A stretch of DNA of 60,102 bases from NCBI GenBank assembly GCA_039932375.1, contig JBDTQD010000004.1, positions 1 through 60,102 of the forward strand. Direction: 5' to 3'. Positions within the stretch are counted from its first letter, which is position 1. Every line of letters starts with the position of its first letter. The DNA comes from Chloroflexota bacterium (GTDB taxonomy: Bacteria > Chloroflexota > Limnocylindria > QHBO01). The notes beneath the pieces were generated by a model. It made no database searches and had not been told where the DNA came from. It saw only the letters and a program-made list of their open reading frames with translations. A program made the position numbers and the translations under genes. Shown in pieces: positions 22,392 to 31,376 of this stretch.

Positions 22392-23402
22392 GTGACCTAT
22401 ACCGTCACCCTGATCCCCGGCGATGGGATCGGCCCAGAGCTCAGCGAAGCGACCGTCGGCGTCCTGGAGGCGACCGGCATTGCCTTCGCTTGGGAGGTGC
22501 AGGAGGCGGGCGAGGCGAGCATCGCCCGCGAGGGGACCCCGCTCCCCGAGCGGGTGATCGAGAGCATCCGACGCAACGGCGTGGCGATCAAGGGGCCGAT
22601 CACGACCCCGGTTGGCAGCGGCTTCCGGAGCGTCAACGTCGGGCTGCGGCTGGCGCTCGAGCTGTATGCCAACGTGCGGCCGGCGCGCAGCATGGTCGGC
22701 GTCGAGTCGCGCTACAGCGACGTCGACCTGATCATCGTCCGCGAGAACACCGAGGACCTGTACGCAGGAGTCGAGCATCGCGTTGGCCCCGATGCCGCGG
22801 AGAGCATCAAGATCATCACCCGCGCCGCTTCACAGCGGATCGCGCGCTACGCGTTCGAGTACGCGGTGCGCAACGCGCGGCGCAAGGTGACCGCCGTCCA
22901 CAAGGCCAACATCATGAAGCTCTCCGACGGCCTCTTCCTGGAGAGCTGCGGCCAGGTGGCAGCCGAGTACGCGGGACGGATCGAGTTCGAGGACCGGATC
23001 GTGGACAACATGTGCATGCAGCTGGTCCAAAAGCCGGAGCTCTACGACGTCCTCGTCCTTCCGAACCTGTACGGCGACATCGTCAGCGACCTCGCGGCAG
23101 GCCTGGTCGGAGGGCTCGGCGTGGCTCCCGGCTCGAACATCGGCGAGAAGGCGGCGGTCTTCGAGGCGGTCCATGGATCGGCGCCCAAATACGCCGGGCA
23201 GGACCGGGCCAACCCGACCGCCCTCATCTTGTCGGGGGCCCTCATGCTTCGCCACCTGGGCGAGACCGCGGCCGCCGATCGGGTCGAGGCTGCCGTTCGC
23301 GGCGTGATCGCCGAAGGGCAGACAACGACCCACGACCTGGGCGGGAAGGCTGGGACTCGCGAGTTCGCCGCGGCCGTGGCGGACCGGGTCCGCGGCGCCT
23401 GA
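22392..23402 (+). CDS. icd: Isocitrate/isopropylmalate dehydrogenase family, probably isocitrate dehydrogenase
   Basis: [49 protein letters not shown]; TCA-cycle context. Confidence 0.85.
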   Translation: MTYTVTLIPGDGIGPELSEATVGVLEATGIAFAWEVQEAGEASIAREGTPLPERVIESIRRNGVAIKGPITTPVGSGFRSVNVGLRLALELYANVRPARSMVGVESRYSDVDLIIVRENTEDLYAGVEHRVGPDAAESIKIITRAASQRIARYAFEYAVRNARRKVTAVHKANIMKLSDGLFLESCGQVAAEYAGRIEFEDRIVDNMCMQLVQKPELYDVLVLPNLYGDIVSDLAAGLVGGLGVAPGSNIGEKAAVFEAVHGSAPKYAGQDRANPTALILSGALMLRHLGETAAADRVEAAVRGVIAEGQTTTHDLGGKAGTREFAAAVADRVRGA

Positions 23403-23425
23403 CCCGGGCGAGTCGCGGCCAGCCC

Positions 23426-23794
23426 ATGTTTGGCTATCGGATCAGTTGGTCGCAGCTGGCCTGGTTCGGGCATCGGCTGTCGGGGGTCGGCGTCCTGGTC
23501 TACCTCTTCATGCACATCGTCGAGAACGCCACGCTGGCGTTCGGGCCGACCGTCTACAACACCACCCAGACCTGGTTCCACAACCTGCCAGTGCGGCTCG
23601 GCGAGATCCTGTTGATGGCGGCGCTCGTCTACCACTCGCTCAACGGGCTGCGCGTGGTCGCCATGGATTTCTGGCCCTCGACCACGCGCTGGTACCGGCC
23701 GCTCACCTACGCGGTCATCATCGGCACCGTGGTCGCCATGGTCCCGCTGGGGCTGATCATGATCACGCCGTACGCGCCCTGGAACGGTCGCTGA
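23426..23794 (+). CDS. sdhC: Succinate dehydrogenase cytochrome b subunit
   Basis: [13 protein letters not shown]; 3 TM helices. Confidence 0.88.
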   Translation: MFGYRISWSQLAWFGHRLSGVGVLVYLFMHIVENATLAFGPTVYNTTQTWFHNLPVRLGEILLMAALVYHSLNGLRVVAMDFWPSTTRWYRPLTYAVIIGTVVAMVPLGLIMITPYAPWNGR

Positions 23795-24255
23795 TGGTGA
23801 TCGGGCGCAAGATCTGGCCGGTCCACGGCGACCCGCTGCGACGCAACCCATCGCGCGCCGCCAGGCCGCGGCCGAGCGAGCCCGGCTTCGAGCGCTGGAT
23901 GTGGTATTTCACCCGGATCAGCGGTCTGCTGCTGGTCGTGCTGGCGATGGGGCACATGCTGATCATGCACGTGCTGGTACAGCTGACCGGCCAGGAGATC
24001 AGCTTCGCCTTCGTCACCAGCCGCTGGGGGACCCCGTTCTGGCGGATCTACGACCTGCTCCTGCTCGTGCTGGCGCTGGTCCACGGTGTGAACGGCGCGC
24101 GGATCATCATCGGCGACTACATCGAGCGCGGCGGCCTGCGCAACCTGCTGATTGGGATGCTGCTGGTGGTCACCTTCATCTGGCTCCTGCTCGGGATCTT
24201 CGTCATCGTCACCTTCAATCCCAATGGCGCGCCGGCCATCGGGCCGTTCTCGTGA
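23794..24255 (+). CDS. sdhD: Succinate dehydrogenase membrane anchor
   Basis: W.FTRISG, GH, HGVNG.R..I.DY. Confidence 0.88.
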   Translation: MVIGRKIWPVHGDPLRRNPSRAARPRPSEPGFERWMWYFTRISGLLLVVLAMGHMLIMHVLVQLTGQEISFAFVTSRWGTPFWRIYDLLLLVLALVHGVNGARIIIGDYIERGGLRNLLIGMLLVVTFIWLLLGIFVIVTFNPNGAPAIGPFS

Positions 24256-26045
24256 GCCTTACCCCGAGTGCCGGAAGCGCGCGACTTCGGCCGCGGACAC
24301 ATGACCTGGATGCGGTGGTCGTCGGGGCCGGGGGGGCCGGGCTGTACGCCGCCCTCGAGCTGAAGCGGGACCTTGGGCCGGAGGCCCGCATCGGCGTCAT
24401 CAGCAAGCTGTACCCCTCCCGCTCGCACACCGGGGCAGCCCAGGGAGGCGTCTGCGCCGCGCTCGGCAACACCGAGGAGGACCACTGGGAGTGGCACTGG
24501 TTCGACACGGTCAAGGGCGGCGACTACCTGGTCGACCAGGACGCCGCGGAGGTGATGTGCCGGGATGCGGTGGCGACGGTGATTAACCTGGAGCACCTGG
24601 GGCTGCCGTTCAACCGCACCCCGGAGGGGCTGATCGACCAGCGGCGCTTCGGTGGCCACACCCGCGACTACGGCGCGGGGCCGGTGCGTCGGGCCTGCTA
24701 TGCCGCCGACCGGACCGGGCACGAGATCCTGCAGACCCTCTTCCAGCAGTGCATCAAGCACGATGTCCTCTTCTACGACGAGTACCAGGTCCTGGACGTG
24801 GCCATGCCGGCCGGCGCGAGCGGCCCGGTGAGCGGGGTGGTGGCGCTGCAGCTGGCGACCGGGGAGATCCATTCCTTCCGCGCCGGAGCGGTCCTGTTCG
24901 CCACCGGCGGCTTCGGCAAGATGTTCAAGGTGACCAGCAATGCCCACACCCTGACCGGCGACGGGGTCGCGATCACCTATCGTCGCGGACTGCCACTCGA
25001 GGATATGGAGTTCTACCAGTTCCATCCGACCGGCATGTACAAGCTTGGCTTCCTCCTCTCCGAGGCGATGCGCGGCGAGGGGGGCTTCCTGGTGAACGGC
25101 AAGGGGGAGCGCTTCATGGAGCGCTACGCGCCCACTATGAAGGACCTGGCCAGCCGCGACGTGGTGAGCCGGGCCATCTACAACGAGGTCGCGGCAGGGC
25201 GGGGGGTCGACGGCGAGGACTTCGTGCACCTGGACGTTCGGCACCTGGGCGCCAAGGTGCTGAACGAGAAGCTGCCCGACATGAGCGGCTTCATCCGCAC
25301 CTACTTCGGGATCGATCCGCTGACGGAGCTCGTCCCGATCCAGCCGACCGCCCATTACGCCATGGGTGGCATCCCGACCGACGTCGATGGGCGCGTCCTG
25401 GCCGATGAGACCGGCAGGGTGGTGCCGGGCTTCTTCGCGGCGGGGGAGTGCGCCTGCGTGAGCGTGCACGGCGCCAATCGGCTTGGCACCAACTCGCTGC
25501 TCGACATCCTCGTCTTCGGGCGCAGAGCGGGGATCGCGATGGCCACCGAGCTGCGTGGCGCGCCTCGGCCTGAGGCGGATCCTGGGGCCGAGACGGCGGT
25601 CGCCGACGGAGTCCGGGAGCTGCTGGCCCGAACCGAGGGCGAGCGTCCGGCGCCGATCCGCGAGGAGCTGCAGGCGCTGATGTTCGCAAAGTGCAGCGTC
25701 TTCCGCTCCGGGCCGCAGCTCGACGACGCATGGGACGAGGTCCAGGCCCTGCGCGAGCGAGCGCGACACCTGGTCGTGCAGGACAAGGGGCATCGGTACA
25801 ACACGGACCTGGAGGAGGCGCTCGAGCTCGGCTTCCTGCTCGACTGCGCCGAGGCCACCGTCCGCTCCGCCCAGGCACGCATGGAGAGTCGAGGCGCGCA
25901 CGCGCGCGAGGACTACCCGGACCGCGACGACGTCAACTGGCTGAAGCACACCTTCGCCTTCCGCTGGTCCGACGGAGCTCCGCCGCGGCTGGCCTACCGC
26001 CCTGCCACCATCACCCGCTTCGAACCGAAGCCGCGGACCTACTGA
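24252..26045 (+). CDS. sdhA: Succinate dehydrogenase flavoprotein
   Basis: [45 protein letters not shown]. Confidence 0.96.
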   Translation: MSLTPSAGSARLRPRTHDLDAVVVGAGGAGLYAALELKRDLGPEARIGVISKLYPSRSHTGAAQGGVCAALGNTEEDHWEWHWFDTVKGGDYLVDQDAAEVMCRDAVATVINLEHLGLPFNRTPEGLIDQRRFGGHTRDYGAGPVRRACYAADRTGHEILQTLFQQCIKHDVLFYDEYQVLDVAMPAGASGPVSGVVALQLATGEIHSFRAGAVLFATGGFGKMFKVTSNAHTLTGDGVAITYRRGLPLEDMEFYQFHPTGMYKLGFLLSEAMRGEGGFLVNGKGERFMERYAPTMKDLASRDVVSRAIYNEVAAGRGVDGEDFVHLDVRHLGAKVLNEKLPDMSGFIRTYFGIDPLTELVPIQPTAHYAMGGIPTDVDGRVLADETGRVVPGFFAAGECACVSVHGANRLGTNSLLDILVFGRRAGIAMATELRGAPRPEADPGAETAVADGVRELLARTEGERPAPIREELQALMFAKCSVFRSGPQLDDAWDEVQALRERARHLVVQDKGHRYNTDLEEALELGFLLDCAEATVRSAQARMESRGAHAREDYPDRDDVNWLKHTFAFRWSDGAPPRLAYRPATITRFEPKPRTY

Positions 26046-26048
26046 TCA

Positions 26049-26750
26049 GTGGAAGTACAGCTGCGCATCCTGCGCTTTGATCCCGAGCGCGACGCCAGTC
26101 CGCACTGGGAGGCGTACACCGTGCCGGCAGAGCCGTCGGACCGGGTCCTCGACCTGCTGCACCAGGTGAAGTGGTACCAGGACGGATCGCTCACCTTCCG
26201 GCGTTCGTGCGCTCACGGCGTGTGCGGCTCGGATGCGATGCTCATCAACGGCCGCAATCGGCTGGCGTGCGAATACCTGGTCAAGGACGCCGGGTCCGCG
26301 ATCAGCGTCGAGCCCGTACGCGGCTCGCCGGTCATCAAGGACCTCCTGATCGACCTCGACGGCTTCTGGGAGAAGTACCGCTCGGTGATGCCCTACCTGG
26401 TCAACGATGACCTGCCCGAGGATGGCCGCGAGCGACGCCAATCGCAGGAAGAGCGGGACCGGTTCGAGGACACCAGCAAGTGCATCCTGTGCGGCGCCTG
26501 CACCACCGCCTGCCCGTCGTTCTGGGCGAACCCCGATTACGTGGGGCCGGCTGCGATCGTCAACGCCCATCGCTTCATCTTCGACAGCCGCGACCAGGCG
26601 GCGGAGGAGCGGCTCGAGATCATGGCCGACGCCGATGGTGTCTGGCGCTGCCGCACCATCTTCAACTGCGTGGAGGCGTGCCCGCGCGGCATCAATATCA
26701 CGCGGGCCATCATGGAAGTCACGCGCCAGATCGAGTCACGGCGCGGGTGA
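26049..26750 (+). CDS. sdhB: Succinate dehydrogenase Fe-S subunit
   Basis: SCAHGVCGSD, CILCGACTTACP, CRTIFNCVEACP. Confidence 0.96.
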   Translation: MEVQLRILRFDPERDASPHWEAYTVPAEPSDRVLDLLHQVKWYQDGSLTFRRSCAHGVCGSDAMLINGRNRLACEYLVKDAGSAISVEPVRGSPVIKDLLIDLDGFWEKYRSVMPYLVNDDLPEDGRERRQSQEERDRFEDTSKCILCGACTTACPSFWANPDYVGPAAIVNAHRFIFDSRDQAAEERLEIMADADGVWRCRTIFNCVEACPRGINITRAIMEVTRQIESRRG

Positions 26751-27172
26751 GCCCCGAGGCGGCTGGCCGACGCCTGCTGATCTACACCGATGGCGCCGCC
26801 CGCGGCAACCCGGGCCCGGCCGGACTGGGCGCCATCCTGCGCGAAGCCGAGAGCGGCGCGGTGGTCGCCGAGCTGGCGCGCTTCCTCGGGGTCCGCACCA
26901 ACAACTACGCCGAGTGGACCGCGGTGGAGGATGCTCTCAGTGAGGCGCTGCGGCTCGGCGCCACGCACGTGGACCTGCGCATGGATTCCGAGTTGGTTGC
27001 GCGCCAGATCACCGGCCGGTATCGGGTCAGGCACCCCGACCTCAAGCCGATTCACGCCAGCGTGATGGCGATGCTCGCCAAGCTGGCCGGCTACACGGTC
27101 GGCCACGTGCCGCGGGAGCTGAACAAGGACGCCGATCGGCTCTCGAACGTGGCGATCGACGAGCTCCGCTAG
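26747..27172 (+). CDS. rnhA: Ribonuclease HI (archaeal/Gram-positive type)
   Basis: YTDGAARGNPG, TNNYAEW, DSELV, HVPRELNK.ADRL. Confidence 0.9.
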   Translation: MSPEAAGRRLLIYTDGAARGNPGPAGLGAILREAESGAVVAELARFLGVRTNNYAEWTAVEDALSEALRLGATHVDLRMDSELVARQITGRYRVRHPDLKPIHASVMAMLAKLAGYTVGHVPRELNKDADRLSNVAIDELR

Positions 27173-27193
27173 CACCGGCGCTAGAATGCTGGT

Positions 27194-27513
27194 CCCTGGA
27201 GGCGGCTGGACGGCCGCGGGCGCGATCGCCGAAAGGCGGCGTCCGAGGAAAGTCCGAGCTCCATAGAGCAGGTTCGCGGGTAACGCCCGTCCGCCGTGAG
27301 GCGAGGACCAGCGCCACAGTGACGATGCCCGCGCAAGCGGGAGTGAAACGCGGCAAGCTCGAGCCGGAGCAAGACCGAATAGGAGGGCGCAAGGCGGCGT
27401 TCGCGCCGCAGCAGGCTGCTCGCTCAGCCCTCGGGTAGGTCGCTCAGATGGATGGCCGTCGCGGCGCCGCAAGGCGCCGGCACAGAACTCGGCTTACAGG
27501 CCGCTCTCCAGGG
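27194..27513 (+). ncRNA. rnpB: RNase P RNA (reduced form)
   Basis: GAGGAAAGTCC, AGCGCCACAG, GTGAAAC, GGAGCAAG, GGGTAGG, ACAGAACTCGGCTTA; P1 pairing CCCTGGAG.GCGGC/GCCGC.CTCCAGGG; TAGAAT -10 at 27182. Confidence 0.95.
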
Positions 27514-27634
27514 ACTCATCACAGGGCGTTCGAGCAGAAACCATCCCAACGGAACGATGTGGGCGCGCCCGGTGCCGCCCGCAGGCTGTCGCGGGAGCCA
27601 GCCAAAGGTGGCAGCCAGCGCGCCAGACATCGGC

Positions 27635-27871
27635 CTAGTCCTCGTCGGCCCGCCAGATGGTGGTGGCCGTGCAGGCGTTGCAGATGGCGCGTGCCTCATC
27701 CATGGTGCCAAGGGGCAGCGGGTGGTCGGGACCGCCAAGGAGGCAGTCGACCTGTACGCGCGCGTCCTTTCCGGCGGGCAGGATCGAGACATGGCGCACG
27801 CGACAGCGTCGGATGCGCCCCTGACGGGGGATCGGGATCCGTGGGCGGGATTCGAGCGGTTCAACCGCCAT
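27635..27871 (-). CDS. Small 4-Cys hypothetical protein (78 aa)
   Basis: Purine-rich RBS before ATG; Cys pattern C...C...CxxC (ICNAC). Confidence 0.65.
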   Translation of the reverse strand: MAVEPLESRPRIPIPRQGRIRRCRVRHVSILPAGKDARVQVDCLLGGPDHPLPLGTMDEARAICNACTATTIWRADED

Positions 27872-28075
27872 GTTCGACCTTCCCCTCGTTGACCGGCCGT
27901 GTTTGCGTCCGGTCGGCGACCAGCGTAGTGAGGGTTCGGTCCCGCTCTCAATGGCGCGTTGGTACCATCCCGCGCTCGGGCCCCGCCCGCGTGTAATGCG
28001 GCTGCATGCGGCCGCGCTACACTCGGCCGAGGTCATGCCGCAGGCGCGGCAGCATGAGACGAGGGTGCCAGCGCA

Positions 28076-29014
28076 TTGTTTGGGCGTCGAAACCGGGAGA
28101 CCAAGGAGGCCCGCGAGGCTGCCGAGCGCGAGCAGAGCCGTCGCGCCCTCTTCGAGGAGCTTGCCAAGCGGCCACCAGACATCTGCCCATTCCTGGGCCT
28201 GGCCAGCTCCCAGACCGAATACCACACCGGCGTCACCCGTGAGCATCGCTGCTATGCCTTCGGGGAGCCGGCCGAGCTTTCCGCCGAGCAGCAGGAGCGA
28301 GTCTGCCTTGGCCGTGGCTACGGCAACTGTCCGCGCTACCTGCGCGGCGTGCTCGTCATCCCGACCGAGGAGCTGGAGGCGTTGCGCCGGCCGCTCCCGC
28401 CCGCTCCGGTCCGACCACCGGCCCCGCCCACTCCTCCGCCTCCGATCGCTCAAGCCAGCGGGGATCGCGGCAGGCGTGCCCCGCTCCTCATCGGGCTCCT
28501 GCTATTGCTCGCCGTGGCCGGTGCGAGCGGGGCCTTCCTATTCCTGAGAAATGGAGGGACCGGCGTCCTCCCGACGACGACGCCGACCCCCAGCCTCAGC
28601 AGCGCGCCCAGCTCGAGCGGTACCGCCTCGCCCAGCTCGGCGCCAACGGCCACCCCGATCGGCGCCAGCCAGACACCGTTCCCGGAGACGCCAAAGCCCG
28701 ATCCCACGCCGCTGCCCGGCGACACGTTCATCGGCTACGAGGTGACCGTGCTGGAGGGGCAGAACACCCTCTTCGAGATCGACGCTGGCGGCAACGTCGT
28801 GAGCCAGGTGATCGCCCACTACGATCGATTCTCAAAGGCGGCGGTCGATCGGATCGAAGCGCCCAACGGCCTCCTGCACTGGCGGACCGCGGCGGGGTTC
28901 TTCAAGGGGCTCTCGTACGTCCACGGCAACTCGGGTCCCTTCTTGATCCGCAAGAAATACCAGGGCACGGACGGACAGCTGCGCTACATCGTCCTCAAGG
29001 ACAGCGAGACCTGA
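28076..29014 (+). CDS. Single-pass membrane protein with N-terminal Cys cluster and Pro/Ser/Thr linker
   Basis: ICPFLG...HRC...CL...NCPRY, TM LLIGLLLLLAVAG, PTTTPTPS linker. Confidence 0.8.
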   Translation: MFGRRNRETKEAREAAEREQSRRALFEELAKRPPDICPFLGLASSQTEYHTGVTREHRCYAFGEPAELSAEQQERVCLGRGYGNCPRYLRGVLVIPTEELEALRRPLPPAPVRPPAPPTPPPPIAQASGDRGRRAPLLIGLLLLLAVAGASGAFLFLRNGGTGVLPTTTPTPSLSSAPSSSGTASPSSAPTATPIGASQTPFPETPKPDPTPLPGDTFIGYEVTVLEGQNTLFEIDAGGNVVSQVIAHYDRFSKAAVDRIEAPNGLLHWRTAAGFFKGLSYVHGNSGPFLIRKKYQGTDGQLRYIVLKDSET

Positions 29015-29110
29015 CCGCCACCTGACGCACTGAGCGGACGCTGGGGCGGCCCTGCCTCGCGGGGCGAGGGTCCCGGGACGATCGTCCCTGAATTTCGAGC
29101 GCGAAATCCC

Positions 29111-29138
29111 TTGACGGCCCGCCCATGCCCTGTACAAT
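29111..29138 (+). promoter_or_regulatory. dcw (mraZ) sigma70 promoter
   Basis: TTGACG-N16-TACAAT. Confidence 0.75.
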
Positions 29139-29146
29139 GGCGCCCA

Positions 29147-29180
29147 GTGGCCCAAAGTGGGGCTAAATGGGGAGCAGTGG
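29147..29180 (+). promoter_or_regulatory. MraZ-binding direct repeats
   Basis: GTGG/GTGG/ATGG/GTGG at exact 10-bp spacing (29147, 29157, 29167, 29177). Confidence 0.85.
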
Positions 29181-29192
29181 TAGAAACCGCGC

Positions 29193-29642
29193 ATGCAACC
29201 GTCCGCCTTCCTGACCGGCGAGTTCCGGCACACGCTCGACGACCGCAGCCGCGTGGCGGTCCCGGCGCGTTTCCGGCCACGCCTCGGCCAGGGAGCCACG
29301 CTTGCGCGTTGGCTGGACAACTGCCTTGGTCTCTTCCCGCAGGACACCTGGAATGAGCTCGCAGCCAAGCTCGCGGCGCTGCCGGTCACGAATCCGAGCG
29401 CGCGGGAGTTCGGGCGCTTCATGTCATCCGGCGCGGTCGAGGTCGAGCTGGACAAGCAGGGCCGGGTCCTGGTCCCGGGTTACCTGCGGGAGTACGCCGG
29501 CCTCGCCGAGGGTGAGGTCATCGTGGTCGGGGCGCTGACGCGCCTCGAAATCTGGTCGCCGGCAGCCTGGCTGCCCTACCGCTCCAGGATCGAGGACGAG
29601 CCAGAGGCGCTCGCCGAACACCTCGCCGATCTCGGGATCTGA
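29193..29642 (+). CDS. mraZ: Transcriptional regulator MraZ
   Basis: F.GEF.HTLD...R..VPARFR; DKQGRVLVP. Confidence 0.93.
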   Translation: MQPSAFLTGEFRHTLDDRSRVAVPARFRPRLGQGATLARWLDNCLGLFPQDTWNELAAKLAALPVTNPSAREFGRFMSSGAVEVELDKQGRVLVPGYLREYAGLAEGEVIVVGALTRLEIWSPAAWLPYRSRIEDEPEALAEHLADLGI

Positions 29643-29733
29643 GGACGCGACGCTATGACGCACGCCGCGACCCTCCATTCATGCGTCTCCGGGCCGATCG
29701 GCCCGTCGTCCGACAGGAAAGGTGCGACCGCGA

Positions 29734-30696
29734 ATGGGAGAAGGGCACCTGCCGGTCCTCGTCGACGAGGTTCTTGCCTCGTTGGCGGTGGCTCCCGGCA
29801 GCTCCGTCGCAGACTGCACAGTCGGAGGCGGTGGGCACGCCGAGCGGCTTTTGGAGGCCTCGTCTCCGGATGGCCGTCTGCTCGGCCTCGACGCCGATCA
29901 GGCGGCCATCCTGGAGGCGCAACGAAGGCTCGCACGCTTTGGCGATCGGGTCGTGCTGCGCCAGGCGAACTTCTCGGCGATCTACGACCAGGCCCGCTCG
30001 GCCGACCTGATCCCGCTCGACGCAGTCCTCTTCGATCTCGGCCTTTCGAGCTACCAGCTGGCCGATCTCGAGCGCGGCTTCAGCTTCGCGTCGGACTCGC
30101 CGCCGGACATGCGATTCGATGAAGATCGTGGCCTATCGGCGCTCGATCTCATCGACCGATCGTCGCAGCGAGAGCTCGCCGGAATCCTCGCGACGTTTGG
30201 TGAAGAACGCCGTGCAGGCCGCATCGCGACGGCGATCCTGGCGGCGCGTGCGGAAGGGCGGCTCGTGACCGCTGCCGACCTTTCTCGCGTCGTCTCCGAG
30301 GCCGTACCACTCAGCCGCGCCGATGCGGGCCGCATCCACCCGGCCACGCGCACCTTCCAGGCGCTGCGCATCGCGGTGAACGGCGAGCTCGAGGTGCTTG
30401 CCCCCGCGCTGGCGGGCGCGCTGGCGGCCCTGCGCCCAGGCGGGCGCCTGGCGGTGATCAGTTACCACTCGGGCGAGGACCGCATCGTCAAGCGCTTCAT
30501 CGCCCGCGAGAGCCGCGATTGCGTGGAGGAGCCGCTTCCTCCCGTCTGCCTGTGCGGCCATCGGGCGCAGCTGCGCCCGCTCAGCAAGCGGGGGATCACG
30601 CCGACCGCCGAAGAGGTGGGTCGGAACCGACGCGCCCGCAGCGCCCGGCTGCGTGCGGCCATCAAGCTCGCGCCCGTCGGCGCGCAGGACAGCTGA
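29734..30696 (+). CDS. rsmH: 16S rRNA m4C1402 methyltransferase
   Basis: HLPVL, DCTVGGGGH, DLGLSSYQL, RGFSF, HPATRTFQALRIAVN, NRRARSARLR. Confidence 0.95.
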   Translation: MGEGHLPVLVDEVLASLAVAPGSSVADCTVGGGGHAERLLEASSPDGRLLGLDADQAAILEAQRRLARFGDRVVLRQANFSAIYDQARSADLIPLDAVLFDLGLSSYQLADLERGFSFASDSPPDMRFDEDRGLSALDLIDRSSQRELAGILATFGEERRAGRIATAILAARAEGRLVTAADLSRVVSEAVPLSRADAGRIHPATRTFQALRIAVNGELEVLAPALAGALAALRPGGRLAVISYHSGEDRIVKRFIARESRDCVEEPLPPVCLCGHRAQLRPLSKRGITPTAEEVGRNRRARSARLRAAIKLAPVGAQDS

Positions 30697-30710
30697 AGGA
30701 GGGTCTCTGG

Positions 30711-30920
30711 ATGAGTCGAGGACGCCCGCGTCATCAGTCGAGTCGCCGCCGCATGTACAGCCCCCGCCAGCGCGACGTCCGCGAGCGGAGAAACCAGCAC
30801 CTCGCCGCCTCCGCTCCCGCCGCCGAAGAGGCCGCCCCGCTCGAGGTCGATGAGAGTATCGAGTTCGAGTCGCCATCAGGCTGGGGCTTCCGGCTCGGCC
30901 CGCGAGCCAGCGCCGCCTAG
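30711..30920 (+). CDS. Small hypothetical protein (69 aa) within the dcw cluster
   Basis: AAGGAGG RBS; fills the rsmH-ftsL gap; its TAG abuts the ftsL ATG. Confidence 0.6.
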   Translation: MSRGRPRHQSSRRRMYSPRQRDVRERRNQHLAASAPAAEEAAPLEVDESIEFESPSGWGFRLGPRASAA

Positions 30921-31340
30921 ATGGCTGTCATCGGGGCTCGCCCGGCAACCGGGATCGGGGTCCTAGGCCGCCGGCCGCGCGCTCGGCTGCGCCCCATCGC
31001 CCGCCGACGGCCGCGCACGCAGCGTCACCTGGCCGGCCGCCGCAACGCCGTGGCCAGCCTTTCGAGCGTGTTGGTGGCGATCGCCGCTGCTGCCGGGCTG
31101 GGCCTCTTCTACCTGAGCCAGTCGACCCACGTCGCCGCCATTGGCTACCAGATCGACACCCTGCAGGCGCAGGTCGCGAAGCTGCGAGCCGAGCAGCAGC
31201 AGCTCACCTTCCAGATCGGCGAGGCGCGCTCGCCGAGCACCGTGGCGGTGAAGGCGGGCGAGCAGCTGCGGCTGGTCGTGCTCGATCCCGCCGCCGTCCA
31301 GTTTGCGTCTCGATCGATTGACCCTCGCACCTTGAAGTAA
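30921..31340 (+). CDS. ftsL: Cell division protein FtsL-like
   Basis: Basic N-terminus, one TM, coiled coil (GYQIDTLQAQVAKLRAEQQQL); positioned before ftsI. Confidence 0.75.
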   Translation: MAVIGARPATGIGVLGRRPRARLRPIARRRPRTQRHLAGRRNAVASLSSVLVAIAAAAGLGLFYLSQSTHVAAIGYQIDTLQAQVAKLRAEQQQLTFQIGEARSPSTVAVKAGEQLRLVVLDPAAVQFASRSIDPRTLK

Positions 31341-31376
31341 TTCGGCCGGGATCGACCCCCTGCCGATGGAGTAGCC

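Noticed and set aside
14033-26750. 3-hydroxypropionate bicycle (autotrophy)
   Set aside because: Shared steps are present, but the diagnostic malonyl-CoA reductase and propionyl-CoA synthase are not in the window.
27635-27871. WhiB-family call from EARAICNAC
   Set aside because: Cys order differs from WhiB (no Cys after CxxC) and there is no G[VI]WGG turn.
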